Below are positions 7,266 to 12,915 of a stretch of DNA of 13,031 nucleotides, one piece after another. Position numbers and translations under genes: made by a program. How positions within the stretch are numbered: the stretch's first letter is position 1; each line of letters opens with the position of its first letter. The notes beneath the pieces are model-generated. The model saw only the letters and a list, made by a program, of their open reading frames with translations. It was not told where the DNA came from and did no database searches. Source of the DNA: a virus; the IMG/VR virus record IMGVR_UViG_3300045988_027757; one strand, given 5' to 3'.

Positions 7266-7625
7266 TCACTTCACTTCCTTTCCGTAGGTGGGGTCGATGA
7301 TTCGGGCTGTCACAGTAGCGGCATCTGCCGCCGGCTGCTGCTGGATACCAAGGCCCAGCGCGTTTGCCTGCAACGTCTGGGTCATAGTCTGCATTGCCTG
7401 GGCGTTGGTCTGCTGGCCCTGCAAAATCTCCCGCAACAGGGTTTCGAGGCCGTCATACTGCGGCGCGGGCTGCGGCGCGGGCTGCGGCACGGGCTGTAGC
7501 GCGGGCTGCGGCACGGGCTGCGGCACGGGCTGCGGCACGGGCTGCGGCACGGGCTTCTCCATAGCTTCGATCTCTGCTTTGGTGTATCCGGCCATTGCGA
7601 GGGCCGCTTTTTCACTGATTTTCAA
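7266..7625 (-). CDS. Scaffolding protein candidate with a (P-x-P-Q) repeat linker
   Basis: 119 aa, directly upstream of the capsid gene (the phi29 gp7 position). TTG start at 7625 lies 7 nt after GGAGGCG. A helical, Q/A/L-rich C-terminal half follows PVPQPVPQPVPQPVPQPALQPVPQPAPQPAPQ. Confidence 0.6.
   Translation of the reverse strand: MKISEKAALAMAGYTKAEIEAMEKPVPQPVPQPVPQPVPQPALQPVPQPAPQPAPQYDGLETLLREILQGQQTNAQAMQTMTQTLQANALGLGIQQQPAADAATVTARIIDPTYGKEVK
7458..7553. repeat. Tandem direct repeat, 8 x 12 nt, inside the scaffold gene
   Basis: ctgcggc[g/a]cggg occurs eight times with one variant unit (ctgtagcgcggg). It encodes the Pro-Gln repeat. Confidence 0.95.
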
Positions 7626-7845
7626 CTTTTGTCGCCTCCATTACAACGTATGTGTCATGTGCCAGGCATCTAACGACCTGGTCTTTGTCTCCTTTGGACA
7701 GAGGGCCCACCGCGCAATACTGCCGCGTGTGAGCGACGTCTGCCCAGTCGCTATAGTAGCCGATTTTCAAACGAGTGCACAGGTCAGCCAGCAGAAACGC
7801 ACGCTCGTTTGTGATCGACTGGGCGAAAATGATATAACAACCCAT
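7612..7845 (-). CDS. Hypothetical protein (77 aa), second gene of the late block
   Basis: ATG at 7845 is preceded by AAGGAAAG. It is tightly packed between the holin candidate (2-nt gap) and the scaffold gene (14-nt overlap). No motif recognised. Confidence 0.55.
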   Translation of the reverse strand: MGCYIIFAQSITNERAFLLADLCTRLKIGYYSDWADVAHTRQYCAVGPLSKGDKDQVVRCLAHDTYVVMEATKVENQ

Positions 7846-7847
7846 AG

Positions 7848-8006
7848 TTAGCTTTCCTTCTTGATGTCGTCCAGGGCGAGCCGCATCTCGGTAATAGCCG
7901 CAGTGTTCTCCTTGACAACGGTATTACACTGATACCACATTAGCAAAAAAGCGGCGATAGGAAACCCAACGTTAGAAATAGCCTGAATCACAGTATTAGC
8001 ATCCAT
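7848..8006 (-). CDS. Small membrane protein, BhlA/UviB-like holin candidate (52 aa, not in the ORF track)
   Basis: Hand translation gives MDANTVIQAISNVGFPIAAFLLMWYQCNTVVKENTAAITEMRLALDDIKKES. ATG at 8006 lies 5 nt after GGAGGTG, and the stop is TAA at 7848. It has one N-terminal hydrophobic helix followed by a charged helical tail. The pattern resembles BhlA-family holins (GPFAVLFCWLLFYVMKTSKERESKL, from memory). Confidence 0.5.
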   Translation of the reverse strand: MDANTVIQAISNVGFPIAAFLLMWYQCNTVVKENTAAITEMRLALDDIKKES

Positions 8007-8037
8007 TTGAGCACCTCCATATTAAATATAAATACAA

Positions 8038-8109
8038 TAATCCCAGGTTCTTGCGCTGGCTGACGCTTGCCCGCCCCTTCTGGGGGCTGCCTGTGGGCGC
8101 CTGGGATTA
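8038..8109 (-). ncRNA. GC-rich structured RNA element (candidate pRNA-like RNA or late-operon leader)
   Basis: A 10-bp helix, TAATCCCAGG (8100-8109) pairing with CCTGGGATTA (8038-8047), encloses 52 GC-rich nt. Inside is a GCCCC-CAGAA-GGGGC hairpin, plus possible CGC/GCG and GGC/GCC helices. It starts at the predicted transcription start of the promoter at 8115-8143. It is followed by AUUAUUGUAUUUAUAUUU. Confidence 0.35.
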
Positions 8110-8114
8110 ACTTT

Positions 8115-8143
8115 AATATATATCACCCGTATAAAAAAGTCAA
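8115..8143 (-). promoter_or_regulatory. Sigma-A/sigma-70-type promoter for the late (lysis and structural) block
   Basis: In minus sense: TTGACT (8138-8143), a 17-nt spacer, then TATATT (8115-8120). The -35 box overlaps the ATPase stop codon. This is the only near-consensus promoter I found inside the genome. Confidence 0.6.
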
Positions 8144-9201
8144 GTACCGCAATACTCGCGAAAGAAAATTTCATCCGAGTATCGCTCAAACTCAATTTGC
8201 CTCTGCAAATACGCGGGCCAGATATACCCATACGCGGCCCTGAATCGTTTACGCTCATAATCGCCGGTGCCGTATGTGGGCATCTCGCCGGACCGATGCC
8301 GGCACACATAGTAGAGGGGTTTACTCTTATGCTCATAGATGCAGCACCGCCCAATTTGAACAAGGGGGTAGTATTCCCGGAGGGGCCGAGATACAACAAG
8401 ACTTTTCTCCTCGGCACTGTACTGGTTTTCAATAGCGGACCTATAAAAGTCCGTTCCGGTCATGGACCTATAGAGGGCCGTATTGGCTTTCTCTTTGGCA
8501 ATAGGGCTGTCCACAAGATCAATCAAAAGAATCCCTTTATCGGCCAACAGCTTTACGCGCTCTTTCTTGCCGATCATCTTTTCGACTGTATCGGTGATTT
8601 CCCACTGCATATAATAGGGGTTTGCCATCCCTACCGCATTTGACATACAGAGAAGCGTCAAAGGCTTCTGGCCCTTAAGTTCGCGGTTACGGTTGACTGT
8701 CTCATAAATGTTGGCAAGGCCCACCCCCTCCCCCCGCCGGTAATAGTCGGACTCTTCTTTCTGGTATTCGTCCAAGATAATTATATTGGTATGGGGGCTT
8801 GAAAAACCACGGGTGCGAGCAAGAGTCACCACACTACCCACTAAGCCCGACATCTTGGCCGGTTTTATGGGAGCCCCTGTATCCGTGTAGGCTCCCGCGT
8901 TGCCCACTTCATACAGTCCCGTTATTTTGGGCAATTTGAACGGGGCGTAATGTGTTTGCAAATCATCGTTCAACGGAGACCACGGCCACATACTGGGTGA
9001 CGCGCAAATGAGTTCCGCTTGCTGCGGAGTCCTACGCAAATACAGAAATTCGTCGCCGGTCTGGTGAACGTGCTTTAGCGCCCCGTAGGTCTTGCCGGTA
9101 CCACGCCCGCCCCAGATGAAAATAATGGGGGCTCCTGTGGACAAAATGCCATCCTTTTCAGAAAAATTCGGCCAACCTTCATCGGTGTACAGTTTAATCA
9201 T
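8140..9201 (-). CDS. DNA packaging (encapsidation) ATPase, phi29 gp16-like
   Basis: 353 aa with Walker A GGRGTGKTY and Walker B IIILDE. DEFLYLRR and CMSNAVGMANPYY match my recollection of gp16 EQFIYVRR and CLSNAVSVVNPYF. The start overlaps the polymerase stop (TGATG) and follows GGAGG. Confidence 0.92.
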   Translation of the reverse strand: MIKLYTDEGWPNFSEKDGILSTGAPIIFIWGGRGTGKTYGALKHVHQTGDEFLYLRRTPQQAELICASPSMWPWSPLNDDLQTHYAPFKLPKITGLYEVGNAGAYTDTGAPIKPAKMSGLVGSVVTLARTRGFSSPHTNIIILDEYQKEESDYYRRGEGVGLANIYETVNRNRELKGQKPLTLLCMSNAVGMANPYYMQWEITDTVEKMIGKKERVKLLADKGILLIDLVDSPIAKEKANTALYRSMTGTDFYRSAIENQYSAEEKSLVVSRPLREYYPLVQIGRCCIYEHKSKPLYYVCRHRSGEMPTYGTGDYERKRFRAAYGYIWPAYLQRQIEFERYSDEIFFREYCGT

Positions 9202-11291
9202 CAGACAACCTCCATAATCTTATACCCAAGTATCTTTGCGTATTCGTCAGTGATACCCAACGTGTAGGTATTATCACAAATACACAGGTTTCTTGTTATA
9301 TGTACCGTATGACCGTCAACCACAAAATCGGGCACATTGGGCCGGTCATTATAAATAACCTGATTTCCGGCGGCAAGACAGAACGTAAAGCCGGGCTTGA
9401 ATACCTCAAAACCACCCCATAGGGCCAGCTCCAAACCGCCTTTCCGCTTGCTAACTCCTGCTATGGTAGTAGTAATCGGCCCGCCTTTTTTATAGGTAGT
9501 AGCGTATTTCTTAGCGCCCCACGTCATAAACTCCGCGTAGCTGCGCTCTTGCTCATAAACGCCCATGTAATGAGTATTGCCTTTGGGGTCTGTAGCGCAA
9601 GCACCGTTGTCTTTTGCAAGCTGTTTCACAGATTTGTTAAACTCCGCTAAATCAATATTACCCATGTATTTGACGCTGTCCGTGTCGCAGTACACGCCAT
9701 TTTTGCCCGCGGCCCATTGCGCTATTTTTAGGCGCTTGCGGGTGTGAGCGGTTGTCCATACGCCCCATTGATACGGTAGGAACAAATGGGGGCGGTGGTC
9801 GTTATAACTGCCCTCCGGGTCGTCGGTGCATTCGCTCCACAGATCGTCGGGGTCGTCCTCGTCAAAAAGTGTGTCCAGCTGCAAGGGGTCCTGTGCTGTC
9901 ATGCCGTAGTAGCTATTGAGATCGCCCTTGGCTTTGACATAATACAAATCTTGACCGGCTACACCTTTAAGAGATGTTTTGCCGGTGTAACTCTCTTTTA
10001 CACAATCCGTCAAGGGCTTTGGCAGTTTGTCATAATCGGACGTCCAGAGGTCCAGAACGTTAAGGGCGTCCCAATCATATTCTTTGGCAATGATTCTAAA
10101 ATCTATATCTGTTATGGTGATCTCGAAATGTTCAGCAGACAGCAAACGACCATTGTCGTTAATGTATCCTTCACAGTGCCGGACTTTCGCAAGCGGGATA
10201 TAGGGAAACCCCCACCACTTAAACCGCTGGCGCAAACCTTTTACTTGCAAGCGCATCAAGCACGCCTTGCCGTGCCTCATACATTGCATCAGCCGCACGA
10301 CGGTGGCCGGTTCCTGCTTAAATGGAGTCATAGGAAAATAACATTCACATTGTACGGCGGGGTACGCACTCGACATATCCACGGAACCGACGTTTTCTAG
10401 GTGCAAACCCACATAATAGCGGTTGGCGTGAGTGTCACCACCTCGGAAAGCCTCCCGCAGCATCTGGTAAAGGTCCCATGACGGAAGCAACCTCTTGACC
10501 CGTTTAATGCCCCATTCGTACATGGCCGAGCGTGCCATTCGTCTGACGTAACCAGTGCGCGTCAGTGGCAATGAATACAGGTCGTCGCCGTCTCGCTTCA
10601 TCTCAATTAACAAGCACTCCACAATACAGCGAACATCGTTGATACAATACGCTAATTCTGTAGACGTTAAGGGAGTCCATGGATAACGAACCTTTGAATA
10701 ATCAAGTGCCCCGGTCAATTTGGCATGAGGGGCACCCAACTGTTTGCCCCATGCGTCAAGGGACAAATTGCTATGGCGCATACTGCATCGATATTCAATA
10801 GCGCGGTTGTCGCATTTTAAGACCCTTCGGGGCTTGCTGGCGAATACGTCGCCGGGGCCAAAATCCAGAACCCCCGACAGATATTGGAATTCGTGAGCGA
10901 GATTATGGACGTACATACACAGAAACCAGTCACCCTGCGGGCCGCTGTTTGCTTGCAAATAGTCGCTGATTGCTCCCGTAAAGTTCAGCCACTCGTCCCA
11001 CGTCCTACCAATAATGGTAATATCCAGACCAAGTTGACACTGCCAAATATACATTATGGTGTGTGGATTGTCGTCCGCATCTACACATACTCGGCTAGTC
11101 TCGATATCAAACGCACATGGGGCATTAACGTACAAGCGTTTCTTATTTGTTTTGCGTTTTTTGCCTTTGGTGTGCTTTCTGTCCAAATGCTCCATGAGCC
11201 ACGGGACAGGGTTATAATTACAAGCCTCCGCCAAAACCTCCGCGCAGGTCGGCGGAACTGCTGCCGTCACTGTAGTCCCATTCTTTGCCAT
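9201..11291 (-). CDS. Family-B DNA polymerase, protein-primed type (phi29 gp2-like)
   Basis: Motifs present: ExoI AFDIETS, ExoII YVHNLAHEF, ExoIII YCINDVRCIVE, motif A VDMSSAYP, motif B KGDLNSYYG, motif C YCDTDS (9675-9692) and KxY GAKKYA. Long insertions lie between motifs A/B and B/C, where the TPR1 and TPR2 insertions sit in phi29. The track ORF starts at GTG 11303. I prefer ATG 11291 because AAGGTGAGG lies 6 nt upstream of it. Confidence 0.95.
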   Translation of the reverse strand: MAKNGTTVTAAVPPTCAEVLAEACNYNPVPWLMEHLDRKHTKGKKRKTNKKRLYVNAPCAFDIETSRVCVDADDNPHTIMYIWQCQLGLDITIIGRTWDEWLNFTGAISDYLQANSGPQGDWFLCMYVHNLAHEFQYLSGVLDFGPGDVFASKPRRVLKCDNRAIEYRCSMRHSNLSLDAWGKQLGAPHAKLTGALDYSKVRYPWTPLTSTELAYCINDVRCIVECLLIEMKRDGDDLYSLPLTRTGYVRRMARSAMYEWGIKRVKRLLPSWDLYQMLREAFRGGDTHANRYYVGLHLENVGSVDMSSAYPAVQCECYFPMTPFKQEPATVVRLMQCMRHGKACLMRLQVKGLRQRFKWWGFPYIPLAKVRHCEGYINDNGRLLSAEHFEITITDIDFRIIAKEYDWDALNVLDLWTSDYDKLPKPLTDCVKESYTGKTSLKGVAGQDLYYVKAKGDLNSYYGMTAQDPLQLDTLFDEDDPDDLWSECTDDPEGSYNDHRPHLFLPYQWGVWTTAHTRKRLKIAQWAAGKNGVYCDTDSVKYMGNIDLAEFNKSVKQLAKDNGACATDPKGNTHYMGVYEQERSYAEFMTWGAKKYATTYKKGGPITTTIAGVSKRKGGLELALWGGFEVFKPGFTFCLAAGNQVIYNDRPNVPDFVVDGHTVHITRNLCICDNTYTLGITDEYAKILGYKIMEVV

Positions 11292-11817
11292 AGTTGACCT
11301 CACCTTGCTGCCACTTTACAAAATCGTCAATACTGACATTGTAGCCGCCTTTCTCGCGCCAGTACATAACCGGCTGGTCGGACGGATAATAGTACACTCC
11401 CGTTGCCTTTACGATCTCCCACCACTCAGACAGGGCCGTGTATTGATCTTCCGGCACATCGGCAATGTCAATACCACCAACTTTCATTTTTTGCTCAAAT
11501 TTTGCCCGCGCACCGCCAACAGTGGAGCCTTTGGAGCGCACAAAACGCGCTACATCCGCAAGGGCCTGTTCCAATGCTTTGCGGTCTCCCCGCATTGCTT
11601 TCAGGGTAGGGAAACCTCCGGCAAATTCTTTATAAACATCGCTGGTGCCGCTGATGGGGTCTTTTGATAATCGCTTGATACGTTTCTGCGCAATGTCACG
11701 TAGTCGGGTGTACTCTTTACGCATCTGCTTATCGGGCCAAGACTCCAAGGCGTAGGGGGTGTACAGCTCGGAGCTGTATTTTAGGGTTGCACTTGCTTTA
11801 GCTGCGCCTGCTGCCAT
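11218..11817 (-). CDS. Terminal protein candidate (primer for DNA replication)
   Basis: 199 aa, immediately upstream of and overlapping the polymerase gene, which is the phi29 gene 3 / gene 2 arrangement. KEYTRLRDIAQKRIKRL resembles my recollection of the phi29 TP N-terminus AEYARLVKNTKAKIARTKKKY. The Ser/Tyr-rich C-terminus (WDYSDGSSSADL) could hold the priming residue. Confidence 0.6.
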   Translation of the reverse strand: MAAGAAKASATLKYSSELYTPYALESWPDKQMRKEYTRLRDIAQKRIKRLSKDPISGTSDVYKEFAGGFPTLKAMRGDRKALEQALADVARFVRSKGSTVGGARAKFEQKMKVGGIDIADVPEDQYTALSEWWEIVKATGVYYYPSDQPVMYWREKGGYNVSIDDFVKWQQGEVNYGKEWDYSDGSSSADLRGGFGGGL

Positions 11818-12028
11818 GCTTCTCCCGCTCCTTTCTATTCATAATCATATAATACCAGTTGAGGGGGTCTGCTTCAATTCCTAGGCCGTTGAAAATGATT
11901 TTGGCCCATTCAGAGCGGAAAAACTTTACATCATTTGTTGTGACTCCACTATATACAATGGCCGTTGCGAGGTAGATCAAATAATCGTCGCAGTTAAGCA
12001 AGGATACTCTGTTATCTTTACTTTTCAT
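11798..12028 (-). CDS. Hypothetical early protein (76 aa) with a basic C-terminus
   Basis: ATG at 12028 lies 4 nt after TAGGAGG. It overlaps the TP gene start by 20 nt. No motif recognised. Confidence 0.6.
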   Translation of the reverse strand: MKSKDNRVSLLNCDDYLIYLATAIVYSGVTTNDVKFFRSEWAKIIFNGLGIEADPLNWYYMIMNRKEREKHGSRRS

Positions 12029-12040
12029 GGGGCCTCCTAT

Positions 12041-12068
12041 AATAAATAAGGGCGGCCATAGGCCGCCC
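12041..12068 (-). terminator. Rho-independent terminator inside the early operon
   Basis: In minus sense: GGGCGGCC-TAT-GGCCGCCC (8-bp all-GC stem, 12050-12068), followed by TTATTTATTAT. It lies 5 nt after the TAA at 12074-12076. Confidence 0.7.
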
Positions 12069-12073
12069 GCCGG

Positions 12074-12373
12074 TTAGAACGGCAACTCGTCGCCTTTGTC
12101 GTTACGGCCGGAAATAACAAGTTCCGGATAACCCTTGTCGTTTTCCTCGACGGTCAAAACGACATTGCGCAGGGTAATCTTCCGCATCCAGTCGGAAACG
12201 GTCTCTTCGGGGTCAATCTTGACGGACACAGACGGCGCATCGTATTGGCCAGATTTCAGCCACATTTCACCGTCATCAATCTGGACTTCGTCCTCAAATT
12301 CGGGCAACTTAATGTAATTCATGTTGGATTTAAGGGACTCACCGGTGGACTTTTTGTGGTTGCGTTTCATCAT
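12074..12373 (-). CDS. Small acidic early protein (99 aa) ending in an SSB-like C-terminal tip (GDELPF)
   Basis: I start it at ATGATG (12373), 10 nt after AAAGGA. The 195-aa track ORF extends upstream through a different frame of the 88-aa gene with Arg-rich, junk-like sequence. The protein has a basic N-terminus (MMKRNHKK), an acidic body, and the terminal residues DELPF. Confidence 0.65.
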   Translation of the reverse strand: MMKRNHKKSTGESLKSNMNYIKLPEFEDEVQIDDGEMWLKSGQYDAPSVSVKIDPEETVSDWMRKITLRNVVLTVEENDKGYPELVISGRNDKGDELPF

Positions 12374-12405
12374 GGTATTGATTCCTTTCTGCCCTGTCTC
12401 ATCAG

Positions 12406-12443
12406 TACCGGACGGGCTACCCGGTAGACGGCCCGTAGGCCGT
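12406..12443 (-). other. Two adjacent GC-rich hairpins in the 76-nt gap between early genes
   Basis: First hairpin: taccgg (12406-12411) pairs with ccggta (12421-12426) around a 9-nt loop. Second hairpin: acggcc (12428-12433) pairs with ggccgt (12438-12443) around a 4-nt loop. An alternative ACGGGC/GCCCGT pairing bridges the two. No U-tract follows. Confidence 0.4.
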
Positions 12444-12449
12444 TTCGAC

Positions 12450-12716
12450 TCATTTCTTGTCGTATAAAGAGTACATGGCCCTGACACCATCTCGGACGTG
12501 ATCCGCGCCCTGATACATGAGATCGGCTGACAAGCACGTCCCTTTGAAGCCCTTAAGCGTCTCAACCTGCTCATCGCAATGCTTGAGTGCTTGCCGATAA
12601 CCGGCCAACCACGCACGATCAGTTGCGGCCCAAATGGATTCTTTAGGGTCCTCATACTCACAGCACGTCAGCGACCCGTCGGGGTGTATCTCAATGATGA
12701 ATTTACGCATTTCCAT
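12450..12716 (-). CDS. Hypothetical early protein (88 aa, four Cys)
   Basis: ATG at 12716 lies 7 nt after AGGAGAG. The start is embedded in the last codons of the upstream 58-aa gene. No motif recognised. Confidence 0.65.
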   Translation of the reverse strand: MEMRKFIIEIHPDGSLTCCEYEDPKESIWAATDRAWLAGYRQALKHCDEQVETLKGFKGTCLSADLMYQGADHVRDGVRAMYSLYDKK

Positions 12717-12879
12717 TTGTGGACTCTCCTATCTGTAAAAAACTCAAAGTCTTTGAAAGACTGACAAGCATCTTGATGCTGTCGATAATATCGTTCTCTG
12801 TCAGTTCTAGGATATTCTCACCATCAAGAGTAATATTATCATCGGTTAAATCGATAGTAATCGTGATTTCTTTTTTCAT
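12703..12879 (-). CDS. First early gene: small, strongly acidic protein (58 aa, not in the ORF track)
   Basis: Hand translation gives MKKEITITIDLTDDNITLDGENILELTENDIIDSIKMLVSLSKTLSFLQIGESTNGNA. ATG at 12879 is preceded by AAAGGGGGTG. It has 11 Asp/Glu against 4 Lys. Its 14-nt overlap with the next gene start suggests translational coupling. Confidence 0.6.
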   Translation of the reverse strand: MKKEITITIDLTDDNITLDGENILELTENDIIDSIKMLVSLSKTLSFLQIGESTNGNA

Positions 12880-12915
12880 TGGAGCACCCCCTTTCTTGTT
12901 TCTTTAATTGTCTAT

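Noticed and set aside
6143-7300. 385-aa plus-strand ORF, the longest plus-strand ORF in the window
   Set aside because: It is exactly antisense to the capsid gene, which has clear phi29 gp8-like motifs. Its translation is Arg/Gly/His/Val-rich and low in complexity, as is typical of the antisense frame of a GC-rich gene. There is no Shine-Dalgarno site, and every other gene is on the minus strand.
7458-7553. Regular short repeats considered as a CRISPR array
   Set aside because: The units are 12 nt, contiguous and without spacers. They lie in frame inside a coding gene, where they encode a Pro-Gln repeat.
7288-7851. 187-aa plus-strand ORF with a CGTGCGTGCGTG (Cys-Gly-Thr/Ala) repeat
   Set aside because: It is an antisense reading of the scaffold gene's 12-nt repeat and of the 77-aa gene. 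The open frame is a by-product of the GC-rich repeat.
8038-8109. 72-nt element with paired ends considered as a tRNA
   Set aside because: There is no T-loop (GTTCRANYC-like) or D-loop signature on either strand. The internal helices do not fit a cloverleaf.
8022-8432. 136-aa minus-strand ORF
   Set aside because: It overlaps the 3' part of the ATPase gene in another frame, then runs through the promoter and structured RNA region. It has no RBS and an Arg/Pro-rich composition.
12384-12405. Minus-sense CUGAUGAG ... CAGAAAGG, resembling the hammerhead ribozyme core (CUGAUGA ... GAAA)
   Set aside because: The sequence between the two boxes (GACAGGGCA) cannot form a credible stem II. An extra A displaces the GAA box. 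I could not find matching stem I and III partners or a UH cleavage site in register. Most likely a coincidence.
12374-12661. N-terminal 96 residues of the 195-aa track ORF (12074..12661)
   Set aside because: This part overlaps the well-supported 88-aa gene out of frame and crosses the hairpin-rich gap. It translates to Arg/Ser/Pro-rich sequence. An internal ATGATG at 12373 with its own RBS gives a compact 99-aa gene.
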